This document shows positions 1-13,261 of a stretch of 64,000 bases of DNA, piece by piece. Position 1 is the stretch's first letter, and each line of letters begins with the position of its first letter. Source of the stretch: Amoebidium appalachense (taxonomy: Eukaryota; Protista; Ichthyosporea). The notes under the pieces are model-generated. The model made no database searches, was not told the origin of the DNA, and saw nothing but the letters and a program-made list of their open reading frames with translations. A program made the position numbers and the translations under genes. The DNA lies in contig CAVNZM010000009.1 in assembly GCA_963693365.1 (NCBI GenBank), positions 9,631,581-9,695,580 of the forward strand. Reading direction: 5' to 3'.

Positions 1-398
1 GAGGGAGGGGAACCAGGGTTGAAGGAGATATCAATAGGCGGGGGGGGGGGGGGGGGGAGGGAGGGAGGGGAACCAGGGTTGAAGGAGATATTAATAAGGG
101 CGGGGGGGGGGGGGGGGGGGGGGAGGGGGGGGGGGGCAGTCTGCCGAATGAAGGGCTGGTATACAGTTGGAGTGGTGTGTGTGATGGGATGCTAAGTTGT
201 CTGTGTCTAGGGAGCCTAATTGGGGAATATGGTGTGAGGGGAAGGCTGGGGGGGGGGGGGGGGGGGGGGGGGCAGGAGCTGGCAGGAGGAAATGGTTCGG
301 GCGCCCGGGAGAGAGAGAGGAGGACATGGTTCGAGAGTTCGGGAGTTCGGGAGAGAGGGGACAAGGGGAGGGGGGGGGGGGGGGGGGGGGCTGTTTAC

Positions 399-623
399 TT
401 AAGCAATCCCCCATACTTCAAGGCCTTGATGCGCACATACGCGTCCGGACCGAGGGGCTTATTGGGTGGGATGCCGAGCACCTCTTTGATCTTCTCACGG
501 CCGTTCTCGAGCCGAATAAACATGCTCAGCTCCATGCTCATCGTCTGGATCTTGTTGTGGTGGGCCCCGACTAGGCGCATCTCGTCCTTTGTCAGGTTGT
601 AGTACACCTGCGCAATCGGGTGC
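399..623 (-). CDS. Isolated coding exon of an unknown gene (possibly ParB/Srx-like helix region)
   Basis: Open frame IAQVYYNLTKDEMRLVGAHHNKIQ...YGGLL, GC3-rich, ends at a GTAAAC donor (398) before a poly-C intron on the minus strand; 5' boundary uncertain (607 or 623). Confidence 0.45.
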
Positions 624-626
624 CTG

Positions 627-3600
627 ATGTTAAGAAATGCCGTGTGGTGTGCTTGGCTGTGTGCAAGTCAGGGGAGGCAGACAGTACACAATCCATTAGC
701 CGCAACCCCCCCCCTCCCCCCGCTCGGCATTGTGCATGTTGACCTGGGGGGTCCTTACCCCGAATCCGTTGATCACAAGTTCTACGTCATGTGTGCGCAG
801 TGTGATGCCACCGACATGTGCTTTGTGTGGTGCCTGAACAACAAGGCTGAGGCTGGGGACATCCTCAAGGCTTTCACCGTGCAGATGGAGCGCCAACACA
901 ACTACCGAGTCGGCATTTTTCGCCACGATGGGGGGGAACTCACCGCCAAGCATTTTCGCAGTTTTTGCGAACAGCTGGGGATTGTGCAGCAACAGACCGC
1001 ACCTTATCAACACGGCCAGAATGGTAAGGCAGAGTGGCTGGTCGGCTTCATCGTGAAGATGGCGCGCACCCTAATGGCCAGCGTACCCGGGTTTCCGCGC
1101 CACCACTGGCCTTCCGCCGTCCAGACAGCCACCTACGTGTCCAATATGACCCCACACAAGGCCACGTTTGACAAAACTCCGTTTGAGGCATTTTATGGCA
1201 TCAAGCCCAACGTCTCCCACCTACGAGTCTTTGGTTGCCTGGCCTACCCCACTATCCCAGCCGAGAAACGTAGCAACAAATTGGCCCCACGCGCCGAACG
1301 CGGCATTTTGATTGGCTACGGCAGCGACGGGGGGGTGCAGGTGAAGGGATACCGCATATTGCTGGCCACCGAAAAGGGCTTTGGGAAGGTCGTGGTGAGG
1401 AGGAGTGTGGTGTTCGACGAGGGTATGACCCTGCACAAGGGCACCCCGACCCCCTTCAGCCCCACTACACCCACCAGCGTGTCGCACGATTCGCTGACTC
1501 CGGCAGCCAATCAGATCGAGCCACCAGTACGCCAGCCACCCGTTGATTCTGCCACAGCGGGCGAAGCTGTACCACACACACCACCGTGCACACCGGCTAC
1601 CCAGGCAACCACACAGGAGGAGACTGCACCAGTTGCAAGTGCACAGCAACGGGCTACTTCCCCTGCGACAGCACCAACCAATCGGCGCGTGCGGATTGGG
1701 GGGGAGGTTGTGCCTACCCACCACCAGCCACCTAGGACCCGTAGTGGCCGTGTGTTCAACTCTAGTGAGCACGTGGGTGGTGGACGCATGCGCGACAACA
1801 GCAAGGTGCTAGCCATGACGGCAGCAGCCAGTGCTCTGGCCAGCACCATCACCAGCGGCAGCAACAGTGATGGCACCGGCATGACCGAGCCCATCTACTA
1901 TGTAGCCGACGTGCCCATACCAAATTCGCTGAGGGAGGCACGTGCGTCATCTTTTGCACCACAGTGGGAGGAGGCCATGCATGCAGAGCTAGAAAAGCTG
2001 GACAAGTACGGCACCTACTCACTAGTAGACCCCCCACCAAGCTGCAAGCCAATCAAAGTGCGATGGGTGTATGACGTCAAGACCAACGCCAACAACGCTG
2101 TTATTGTTGTAATACGTAGTATTTACATATGGTAAGATCTTCTCAGTTTGTGTTATGTTTCAGTTCATATGCTTAGTGTATATGCCACACTCCTATTATG
2201 TAAAGTGTAGCATCGATCTCCGATATGCTTGTATACTTGTAATCGTGTTGTATCGGCTTTAATCGTGTGTTGTGATATCGATTAGAATATTTATATGTGT
2301 GTACACGGATCCACCCACTCAGGGAGAGACGTGTACATGTTCGTGTGTACATAAATATCTCTGGTTATAGTTATGCTATTACTATCTTGTTTGTTGATCT
2401 GTGCTCTCTTTTCCTTCCTCTTTCTCCTTCCTTATTTTCTTTTCTTTCTCTCCTTGTCTTCATGTGTATAATCGTATTTCTTTTCTACTAATATATGTTA
2501 GGTAGATAGATTTGTGTTACTTAATACGTGTTCATTGGACGGTAACACACTTAGGCTACACTTAGAATAGCATGTGTGTTTAGACTTCATTAATTCACTT
2601 TAGTTTTCATGTGTTGCCGGGCTTTAACCAATCATCAAGGTTAAGTGTGATATGTCTGAGTCTTTGCAGTATGTCACAGGTTAGAACTTCCTTGATGATG
2701 ACACGAGTTGATCTTAACTAGTGTCTGTGTCCTATCGTGTACGTCTCCGCGTACCGGATCTCTCTGAAAGCAATTGGTTCTTAGTGATTGGTTTCTATTA
2801 GAGATAGATCTGATTTCCGACTGGTCGGAAATCATGTATGGATTGGACTTAGAGGAATTTCAGGTATTTATTCGAAGATCAGAATAAATTCAGTTCAGTC
2901 GTGTCTAAACATTGATGTCTGTTGTGTACACTGCTCCGATCGTTCCGTGTTTTGTTGTTGTGCGTGTCTGTGGTGTTTTTACACTGCACCACTGTGTCTC
3001 TGCTTTCATCCCAAATACTTATACAATTTAACAGTTATCCGCTTCCGGGCCCGCCTAGTGGCTAAGGGATACACCCAGAGGCCGGGTCTGGACTACACCG
3101 AGACCTTCTGCTCCACCGCCAACCCCGCCACAACACGCTACATCATCGCGCTTCAAGTTGCTGCTGAGCTCGGCCATCACCTATGCTACTTCGATGTGGA
3201 CAGCGCGTTCCTCAACGCGCCACTGCAGGAGGAGATCTACATGTGCCAGCCTGAGGGTTTCGTCATACCAGGCAAGGAGGGAATGGTGTGCATTTTGCAC
3301 AAGGCCATCTACGGGCTCAAGCAGGCAGCACACGAGTGGATGGAGACTTTTGCTGCCGGCCTGCGCACCATTGGCTGGGTGCGCACCGAGGCCGACCCCT
3401 CCCTCTTCACCCGCGGGCCAGACTGCCCAGGCACCAACAAGCAGCTTATGGTGGTGCACATTGACGACATGGTGTGCAAGGTAACTACCGAGGAGGATGG
3501 CAACTTGCTGGAGCAGGAGCTCTCGGGCATCTTCCACATCAAGAAGGGTGGCAGCAGTTTTGTGGGGGTGGAGATCAACAAACTGAGCACTGGCGCCATC

Positions 3601-4455
3601 AAGATCCATCAAGCCCCCTACGCACAACAGGTGCTCGAGCGCTACGGCATGGCTGACTGCAAGCCTGTGGACACACCCATGACACTGGATAAGCTCAGCA
3701 AGACCCAGTGCCCAGCAACCCGGGAGGAGGTGGCAGCAATGGCCACCGATGCAGCTGTGTACCAGGCCATTGTTGGCAGCCTGATGTATCTGGCCGTGTG
3801 GACCCGCCCGGACATTGCCGCCCCTGTGAGCGTGCTTGCGCGATTTCTCAGCAACCCCGGGCAGGCCCACCTTGCCGCCGCCAAACGTGTGCTGCGCTAC
3901 ATCAAGGGCACCATTGACCACGGCATCACCTACCGCCGGTCCACCAGCGCGGACACCAAGGGGCAGGTTGTTTGTTACGTGGATGCTGATTGGGCCGGAA
4001 ACCCAGACAACCGCCGCTCAACGACAGGTGTGGTGTTTCTTGCTGCTAGGGGTGCCATTTTGTGGGCATCCAAGCTGCAGACCGTGGTGGCAGACAGCAC
4101 CGCAGAGGCCGAGTATGTGAGCGCAGCCCGTGCTACCAAGGAGGCCCTGTGGTTGCGCAAACTGACTACCGCCTGCGGCTTCCCTCCTATTAGCCCCACC
4201 ATCCTGCACGAGGACAACCAGGCCTGCATCAAGATAGCCAAGAACCCCGAGTTGTTCAACCGCACGAAGCATATCGACATCAAGTACCACCTCACTCGCC
4301 ACCACGTCCGTCGCGGCGACATTTGCTTTGTGTACGTGCCGACCAATGAGCAGGCGGCAGACATGCTCACCAAAGCACTCGGGGGTGCAGCTCTCAACAA
4401 CTGCAAGAAGATGGTGGGCATGGACACGTGCGACAAGTCATCGCGCAAGGTGTAG
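627..4455 (+). pseudogene. Ty1/copia pol (integrase-RT-RNase H), 5'-truncated and split by a solo LTR
   Basis: Integrase motifs VHVDLGGP, FRHDGGE, QNGKAE, HLRVFGC, RSVVFDE; RT motifs RARLVAKGY, DVDSAFLN, YGLKQA, VHIDD; RNase H motifs YVDADWAG, AEAEY, EDNQAC, KHIDIKYH, ADMLTK. Removing 2105-3038 restores the in-frame NNAVIRFRARLVAKG. Confidence 0.95.
2105..3033 (+). mobile_element. Solo LTR (929 bp) inserted in the copia RT
   Basis: TGTT...AACA termini; perfect 5-bp TSD GTTAT at 2100-2104 and 3034-3038; AT-rich and non-coding. Confidence 0.92.
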
Positions 4456-4602
4456 AAGAAGTGAGCGAATATTTGTGGCTATGCAACAAGGGGTGCGAGT
4501 GATTGTGTTTTCATTAATATTTATTCGCTAATTTCTATTGGTGCACATTTATTCGCTAAAATTTGTATTGCAGTATTTCGTGCCCTAATGTTGTAAGGGG
4601 TG

Positions 4603-5621
4603 TGCCAGAATATACAACAATAGTGCACGAGTTGGCATATGCATTTCGCACGCACGTGCACAGCACAATTCTTCATTAGTTGCACATCTTTGGTTTACAC
4701 AGGTTGCACGAGCACATAGCATACATAGTTAGGTACGATCGTTTATTTGTGCTTTATCTCCCTTTATTTCATAAGCATGTCCGGCATGCTCTTGTTTGCC
4801 CTCTGTTATTCAGTAGGCACGTGTGGTATTCATAGTTTGTTTAGCTATTGGCGATAGCGAGAGGAAAGCACGCATCCGACGATTGTTGTGCATGCTTTTC
4901 ATGTTTTCTGTGTAGTAGGGTGTTTTGTCTGCGATTGGACCGTATGAGGGGAATGCAGTTTGATTTCCGTTCATGTACGTGTCGTTATATGATTGGTCAG
5001 ATTTATAGTATTCATAGTATTTGCCAATCAGATGCGCAAATACCTTTGGATAGATCTGTATTCATGGAATCTGCCTGCGGCAGATAAATAGGTGAGAATC
5101 GAGCATAATAAATTAGACGTAGATTGACAGAACATGCAACTGTGTTTCTACCTCTCCACACTACCCTCTCTGTTAGTGCTGTGGCATCGTGCATTGCCCA
5201 GCACCACTCTGCACGTGTTTATGTCTGTTAGTTTAGTGGCCTGATCACCCACGTATACTCTCATTCATATGCATGTGTGCCCAGGTACGTGTTAGTTGTA
5301 GTGTGTACACTCTGCTAGTCAGGCGAGAATAGTAGGGGCTTTTGCCGTAAGTCAGCACTTTTCTTGCAATCTCATCTTATCTATCTGTTCCTGCAGTTTT
5401 GCTAGATCTCTTCGTGTCTGTTTCTTGATCGATTCCGGCTTAGTTTTTTTTTTTTCCCCCGTTGTTAGGAATAATGTCACCGTCTGGATTGTCCTCGTCT
5501 GGAAAAACAGTTTCATGCATTTAGAAATGACTCAACAGGGTGTAAATTGTTCATACACACAAAAATGACTCTCCCTCCCTCTCTCTCCCTCCCTCCCTTT
5601 CTCTCTCTCTCTCTCCCTCCC

Positions 5622-5654
<33 letters not shown>

Positions 5655-5704
5655 GACAACAGGGTATTGGTGGTTGTTTTCTCCTATTTCTTTCTTTCTT
5701 TCTT

Positions 5705-5747
<43 letters not shown>

Positions 5748-5796
5748 TGGTTTGTTTTTTTTTTCTTTTTTTTTTTTTTTTTGTTCGAAGGTGCCC

Positions 5797-5829
<33 letters not shown>

Positions 5830-6000
5830 GTTCGTGCTTGGACACGTACCCGAGCTTGCATTTGTCGAGTACCTTTGCCCTGACCTTGTTTGGCCAGATC
5901 CCGGTGCACCTGTCACCAAGATATGTATTTCGTAAGTTCTTCTATATATGGATTTAAAAGTTTGTGTTGCTTGCCCATGGTTGGCAGGTCCAGCCCGGCA
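4603..6000 (+). mobile_element. Probable 3' LTR of the first copia (right boundary uncertain)
   Basis: Purine run AAGGGG (4595-4600) followed by TGCCAG; a candidate inverted end GGCA lies at 5997-6000; no 5' LTR in the window to confirm. Confidence 0.4.
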
Positions 6001-7180
6001 CACTATTCACGCTGTAGAGGAATCAGTGTACAGAAAACTAAGATGGAATAAAAGAAGCGCCACCTTACATTCAAATCCGGAGGACTGATGTTTTTAGAAG
6101 ACCAGTGCACTTGTATGTGTGCGTACTTTGTTGTGTATGTACTTGCATAGATCTGTTTATGACCATTCATGTAAGTAAGGATGCATGGCATGCGCATGTT
6201 TAGTAGAACGTGTGCATATGATATACCTTGAGCATGATTAGCATTGCGTTGGGGGGTCTGTTGGCCATCAGGGTCCATGCCTCCGTCTGCACGACCCCCC
6301 TCGCTGTTTAGGCGACGGCGCGGGGTATGCGGTCGCGCAGCTGTAGGGTTTTCCCTGCTCCCGGCTCGCCTGAGGTTGGTAACCGGCCGCTCTACATCAG
6401 AAGATGCAGCGGCGGCGGCGTGTCCTTGACTGTGAAGAGGGCTGCCATCCTCATTGCGGACATTGTCGTATCCTAATGTATGTGTACTAGAGACGCGGCA
6501 CTCTACTAAGTGTACACACACGAAAAGGAACGAACGTGTACGGAAAAACGGTAAAGTTTATTCAGACCAGGCTCCGACGGGCAAACTTAGATCCGTACGG
6601 AATGAGTCTAAGTTACGACTGAGGCCATCAAGGCCGTGCCCTCAAAGATCATCATCACCTGGCCCCCCTACGATGCCACATTCCAAACATTCCGATCTAC
6701 TTTTATCGTGTGCCTGCACGAGCTAAGTCGATCTACTCAACTAATATATTTATCCATGTCTCACCCCTCACCCTCCCCCTAGTGGCACCGCAGAGTCTAA
6801 ATCTACATTTCATACTATCCTCCCCCCCCCCCTCCCTCCCCCCTTTCCTCTACATCGAAATATATAAATACGTTTGGCAACATATACTATCAAACCTTGC
6901 CAATACTTACAAAAGGGCTTCTGCCCGAACAATCACATTCCTAAGTCCTCATACGATCTATCCTACACACTAATTAGAATTCTATTGGACGGCTGTCCCG
7001 GCTGACGTGGTCCAATGCCCTGCGCCGGCAGAGGCAAGATGCACGCAGCTGCCAGACAGCTATCTTGAGGCCTCGGACTTGATCTTGATGATCTGTGGAC
7101 CCGGGCCACCCCCCCCCCCCCCCCCCCCCCCGATCTCGATCGTAGACTTAGGCTAATCTGCTGAGACGGATTAGTATATG

Positions 7181-7596
7181 TCAGACATTGTCCGGGGCGC
7201 TTCCGTTTTTTTTCTCGCAATACGCTAGATAGCATTCAAAACGCAAATGTTGGTCGTCACGGAGGTCAAAGCACAGGGTGCACGGTTTACCTAGGTCATT
7301 TTGCCATGTTGTCCTAGTGAAATTAATGGCACCGTTGGAGCCCATTGTGTGGTGACCCTCCAACCAAACCGCCAATTTGCGTTCCATTTAGAAGAAACCA
7401 CGAGCTTGCCATTATCAACAGCGCTCTTAACTGTCTGAGAGGCCGTTTTCCTCAGTAAATCTTTTTGTGCATTGCTCAAGGATTTAGCAGCGCTGCGGGC
7501 GGGCAACTTGGCCGTCAGCTTGTTTGCCATGTTCAAGGCATGTTTTAGGAAAAGCACAAACAGGGCGAGGTACACCTTATGCAGAATCTGATGCAT
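7181..7596 (-). pseudogene. Frameshifted coding fragment with a CxxC-x7-H-x4-C zinc-knuckle-like motif
   Basis: Overlapping ORFs 7291-7596 and 7181-7387; KPCTLCFDLRDDQHLRFEC. Confidence 0.3.
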
Positions 7597-8510
7597 CTGG
7601 TAAAAAAACAGGAGAAGTACCCGTTTGGGGTGTCTGTTTATTCAACATTAGGTTGTGCTCGTACTCAACTAGTACTTGAAGATGTTTCCTTACTACGCGT
7701 GTAAACACACGTGTACGGCCGGCGGCGGCTCAGTTGCCAACTTACGGTACTTGCAAACGGCAAAACGCCGGGCAGTTCAGCTGCAAGCTTCTTGTCTGAT
7801 TGGCTGCTGGCTCTGGCGACTGCTCAACACACCTCAGCCCAGACCCAATCAGACCTACGCCGGATTATTTACATGCCTCTGAGATGTCAATTATGATTCG
7901 TTCGCGGAAGCTAGCTTCACTAATTGCAAATAGTGAAGGGACATTTGGTTTTAGAGGGGGTGCGAGAGAATGTAAGGGCCGCCACTGGGCTGAAGCAACC
8001 CTAAGTTACAGACCCAATATAACAACAACAAAAACGTTATTTACATGAAGAAAAACAACTTTTTTTTTTATACTATTGTAAAGCTATGTCAATTTGACAG
8101 TTTGCGCTGCTTTAAAAGCAGCTTTCAGTACGGCAAAACGATCAGTCAAGTAGGCGCTCCCTATAGGAGGCGGCCGGGCTCGGCGGGCTGACGGCGGCCC
8201 CGGCAGCCGCCAAGCTGGGCTAAGTCGCTACCTAAGTGGTTCTTTATCATGAGCTACGGTAACCTGTAAAGCTATTGGCTTTTGCAGCAAGAACCGGCAC
8301 TACTAGTATATAAATAAGCTTCTTCAGCTGCCTGTGGTTCAGTGTGTGCCTTGCAGCTTGAGGCACACACGGTACAAAACGATGGAAATCCCATATGTAA
8401 TCATTTGGCTCAAATTGATTTTACCCCTCCTCTGGCGATTGATGCCTGGCCTACCAGCCAATCAAACGTATGTCCGGACCCGCCCATGTATTCAAACGTA
8501 AGAAGTTGAA

Positions 8511-8552
8511 TTTAATTAATTAAGCTAGCTAGCTAGCTAGCTAGCTAGCTAT
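8511..8552. repeat. (TTAA)n/(TAGC)n self-complementary microsatellite
   Basis: tttaattaattaagctagctagctagctagctagctagctat. Confidence 0.85.
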
Positions 8553-9085
8553 AGGGCTCCCCGGTGGCAGGGTCTGTGAGTTTGTGCAAAGGATGAGGGA
8601 CACACGTTCACCTGTCCAAAAAAGGTAACTGGTTGAAGCCCATTCACACCTATTACCACTGCTTAGGTTGATTCTCGACAACAGCAAGAGGTATGTGCGA
8701 TATGTTTTATTTAGTTGTACATGTACGGCATGTTTTTTGTTTTTTTTTACGTTGTACACGTACGACATGTGGGTTGGATATGCTGGTATCGGATACACTT
8801 TCTTGCTTGTGAGATGGAGTAAACGTGAATGTGTAACTGGTCAAGATACTAGCACGCTTGTGGGGCTGGATACAGTTTTATAAACCTTAACAGTGGATAT
8901 GCTTGTATTCGGTGGGGGGAGGAGAGGGTGGGGGGGGGGGGGGGGGGGGAAGGGGGTGATGAAGTGGTGGACTGCGCGGGGGACTCTTGATTAGAACACA
9001 GAATGAGAAGAAAATCAAGTTTGGGTGATGTTGGTGCCTACCCGTGGATTGGCAGTGGTGATGGTGGTGGCAGGACAGAGCGGGT

Positions 9086-9116
<31 letters not shown>

Positions 9117-10000
9117 AGGCGGGGGGAGGGGGGAGGGCAGAGGGGAAGGGGAGACCCTAAATGCTTGGGGGGCAGATGACCTCTTACCTGTGTGTGTGTG
9201 TGTTTTGCCACACGTGAATATTTGTGTTTGTATATGTGCATTGATGGATGTTTGCGCGCATGTGTTATGTCTTGGGGTCTGTGTTCCAATTATGCAAGGA
9301 ACGTGCACATGTGTTGTGCACATGCGCATGTGCATGTGTGTGCGTATACAAGTTTGCCTGTGCGTGTCCCTGTGTGCATGTGTGCAGGGGCCCTCTCGCA
9401 AAGGTGTGGACAGGGTGAAGGCAGCGTGGGGGGGGGGGGGGGGGGGAGAGGGGAGCTGGTGTGGGGGAGGGGGGGGGGGGGGTGAGGGGAAAGGAGGGAG
9501 AGGGGGAGGGGAGGGGGGGGGGGGGGGGTATATGGGAGAGATGAGGTCGGATAGGGACAGGGGAATAGGGAAGAGAGAGAGAGAATGAGAACGAGAAAGG
9601 TAGGGAAAGGAGGGATGAGGTGGGGAAGGGGGGGGGGGGGGGGGGGGGAGGCACGAGAGAGAGAGAGAGAAAGGCAAAAAGAGAAGGGCAAGTAGGCGAG
9701 AGACAAGAAGCAGAAAAAGTTTGGAGAAAGGGTGCATCTGGTGTCATTTCATTCCGTCTATATTATGGATTCTTGATAAATAGTAACTGTATCAGTGTTT
9801 GCTTCAAGAAAAAAGGACAACTGTCAAATGTGCTCACAATCTAGGCATGCACATGTTCTTACCTTTCTGTTGTATATTTAACCATTTCAACACCTCAAGA
9901 AACACTCACAATCGATGTATATGCTCACACGCAAGGCACACCACACACTCATTTTCAAAACGTTGGTTTGACACCCACACGTGTGTTCTTTTCCCACAAG

Positions 10001-10800
10001 ATTCTACTTTACGGGGAAACGTCTTGCCAAAGCGCTGGAAAAATACGAAACCAATGCAACTTATACGGTGCCCATCAAACATAAGATGGCTGCCAAGGAG
10101 GTTGGTCTGAACGACCTACAAAGCATGCTGGAAGGTGGGTGGTTCATGTTGTGTTCAATTCTTGATTTGTTTTCCTGTTTGTGTGCCCCCCCCCCCCCCC
10201 CTCCTCCCCCCCCCTTCCCCCCCCCTCCCCCCCCCCCCCCCAAAAAAAAAAAGAAAAACATACACACATCTCCCTCCCATCCTTCGCTCTCTACTTCTTC
10301 TTTCTTTTGCTTCTCTCTACCCCCCCCCCCCCCCTGCCCTCCTCCCCCTTCCCCCCCCCCCCCCCCCCCCCCTTCCTCCCCTTCCCTGGGAGATGAGGGA
10401 GGTGTGAGTATGTGGTGTGGGTCGATGGGGGATGGGGTGTGTGTGTGCGGGTGGGTGGGTGTTTTTGGGAGGGGGGTGGGAGAGGGGGAGGGGGAGGGAA
10501 GGGGGTGGGGGGGAGGAGGAGGGATGGGTTAGTAGATAGGCGTGAAAAGATTTAGGGACCCTGGCATTCCGTTCTCTTTTGCAGTTGCTTCCCACCCACC
10601 CACACATACCCCCACACCCCTCTCTCTTCCTTCCTTATTCCCAGCCACTCACCCATTCTTCGTCAAACTAAAAAAAAAGCCATTCTTTCATGTGAAGGTG
10701 TAAGGGGAACAGACTACATTCATAGGCACCATGTACGTGTCTGTTACAAATGTTTTAATTCTATGCATTAGTTTTAATTTCTTACTTGCTCTCCCAGCCA

Positions 10801-10836
<36 letters not shown>

Positions 10837-10992
10837 TTCCCACGCCCCTCTCCCCTTTAACAGGCATACACACACACCATGGCAATAGTTGACACGCTCA
10901 CGTGCACACACTCTAACACGCGCGCACACACGCGCGTGCGCACACACACACACAGGCAGGGGGGGGGGAAGGGGGGAGGAGGTGGGGCGGGG

Positions 10993-11050
<58 letters not shown>

Positions 11051-11185
11051 CGGGGCCAGCCGCTGTTCCTGGCTGGGCGGCGGCTGGGGCAGCTGGTGCA
11101 GATGTGGCTGCGGCACGAGGTGCTGCCCACCATCGTGCTGTGCTTCGACAAGGCCCCAAACCTGCATGACTGGCGCCACTACTGA
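10001..11185 (+). CDS. Two terminal exons of an unknown gene (~10001-10139; 11050-11185)
   Basis: AG acceptors after pyrimidine or (CA)n tracts; FYFTGKRLAKALEKYETNA...LEG and RGQPLFLAGRRLGQLVQMWLRHEVLPTIVLCFDKAPNLHDWRHY*; donor position ambiguous. Confidence 0.45.
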
Positions 11186-11596
11186 GCAATGTAGATTTAT
11201 TTATCTTCCTTACCTCCAGAATGGCTGACGAAAGGCGTTGTGCTCAAGGGCCAGTGTATTGGTGTGAATATGCCCACGGGGCGCCTTTGCTTGGGTTGTA
11301 TCGACTTCATGGATTTGGGGACCTAAAGTATTATGTAGGTGGTCTCGGACAGTATGTTGCATAATGGTATGCCTAATCGATTCCGTGCAGGCAAAGTTAG
11401 ACTTGCCTGTTTGTGTGGCGTTGGAGGGAGCCGCGTGATGCTGGAATGATATCTATTGATACGTAGCAGCCCTCGGAAAGGGGGTTTACAACAGCAACAC
11501 TTACGGTATATTTCCTGGAGTTGTGTCATCTGATCAGGCAGGATTCATGTGGGTTTCGGCATTCCAAAGGCTTAGGGGTTGCCAATGGACACTCGC

Positions 11597-12351
11597 TGCT
11601 GTTTTGTACGGGTATTACGGGAAGCAGAGTGCACAGAGGGGTCCTGTAAAACACGACAAACACAACAAAGAGAGTGCAATCGGAGTTGTTCACGACAGCC
11701 TGAGAAGAAAGATTGAAACAACAAATAACGTTTATTGCACTCTCGGGCCTTTCTGTTCTGGCCCATTCATTATCTCATCTCACCTAAATGAAGGGAACCA
11801 ATCGGGCTCCTTCAACTACAGGGCAAATACATTCCAACGAGAAAATGCTTTCTAACTTCCAATACTATAGAAGCTTAAAACTCTTCTTAAACTTTGAAAT
11901 TAAGTAACTCAACCAACTTGTCAATATTAATTCATATGTGTGTTTGCATTCGTCTCTATCAATTCCTAACAGTCGACACTCTCAGAGTGAAGACACATCA
12001 TGTGAAAAGGATTCAAACAGAACTAATGTGTCCAATCAAAACACTATTAATTAATAGACAGGAATGCAACGCCACGGTCTATAGATCGGCTCACTTGCGT
12101 CCTCCTATTTCGACCTAAACACAAAGACAACAAAGCCAGCTATATAGCCACTCACTCTACACACAGTAAAGCAGAGGAGATGATAGTGAGAACCAGATTA
12201 TAGTGTTTCCCTGTGACGTGTATGTGTTCACGTGCACTTGGCATTGTGTGAGAGAGCACCCACATCTTTGTGATAGTGCTAAGACACAAAAAAAACTTGA
12301 AGAAAGAGCCGGGTATTGGGAATGGGAGTCTCCGTGCGACTATGTGTAACA
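11597..12351 (-). mobile_element. Diverged LTR relic related to the LTR at 59451-60343
   Basis: Colinear shared blocks (gttttgtacgggt, gcagagtgcacagagg, gcaatcggagttgttcacga, agtcgacactctca, attaatagacaggaatgca, gctaagacaca); no TSD found. Confidence 0.75.
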
Positions 12352-12551
12352 AAAAATTAAAATTGTGCAAGAAAGCAACGTGCACGGTGAATCACGTTGT
12401 GTGCATAAATTGTGTGTCATGCAGAAACTCGTGCCTACTTTTATATGCTCGAGGCATGAGCATCCTATACTGCGTGCTGTATCTTTTTTCTCTTCGTGCA
12501 ACTGCCATGCGGAACATGCAGGGGAAGCGAGGCGTCAAAACAAATGCTCAC

Positions 12552-13261
12552 CAGCTAATGCCTTCGCAACGACAGCCTCGGGGATGAGAAGTGCCAGAGC
12601 CCTGCGTACACCGTCCACAAATTGTGGGATTAGGAGCAACTCTCCACTTGACGTGCGCTCTTCGACCTCCTGTGGCTACGAACTATTAATAGCCAGCATA
12701 TTAAGTTCAACGTAAAAAAAAAAGACTTCCCTGAACAACTCCTTCCAAGTAAGACCAGCACACGATCACAGCGTGGCTAGCCAACATCAGATTACAAAGG
12801 GCTAGAGGAGATCACACACTCACCGTTATGATGATGTGGTCTTCGTCCGACCATAGTCTGCGTCTGATGGGCTCTCCAAACATCGATCTGATGTGGTTTC
12901 CGTACATCAAGACTCTGTTTTCGTCTGTGCGTCCTGTGTAAGAGAATGCAACGCAAGGAGGTCAGCGAAAAAAACGAGAAGGTACAGCACAACAACGGAA
13001 CTGACGTGTCAACATTGATTGTTAGTTGGCCTGTGGCATTTATGACACATACACTCTCCAAACCCGCTAACCCTAACAATAACTCCCCTCTCGTATTCAC
13101 CTGAGCTGAACGCTGCAGCGGACATGCTACCACCAGGTTTGAGCAGCTGAGCACCCACGTACAGCCTACTGTTGCCGGGATAAACCAGGCCTGCTGCGAA
13201 GCCTGTGACGAGAGTTAGGACCTTCGACAGCCAAATGATATTAAATTGACAGGTTAGGAAC
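12552..13261 (-). CDS. Internal exons of an unknown spliced gene (13101-13261, 12824-12933, 12552-12669)
   Basis: Three GT-AG-bounded exons with consistent phases giving FLTCQFNIIWLSKVL...AFSS-G-RTDENRVLMYGNH...HIIIT-EVEERTSSG...AKALA; further candidate exons near 13807-14215 and 11214-11406. Confidence 0.6.

Noticed and set aside
2788-3033. Cys-rich N-terminus of the 555-aa RT ORF
   Set aside because: Read-through from the inserted solo LTR
8150-8240. GC-rich stretch as a structured ncRNA or Helitron end
   Set aside because: No recognisable RNA family and no convincing hairpin-plus-CTRR terminus
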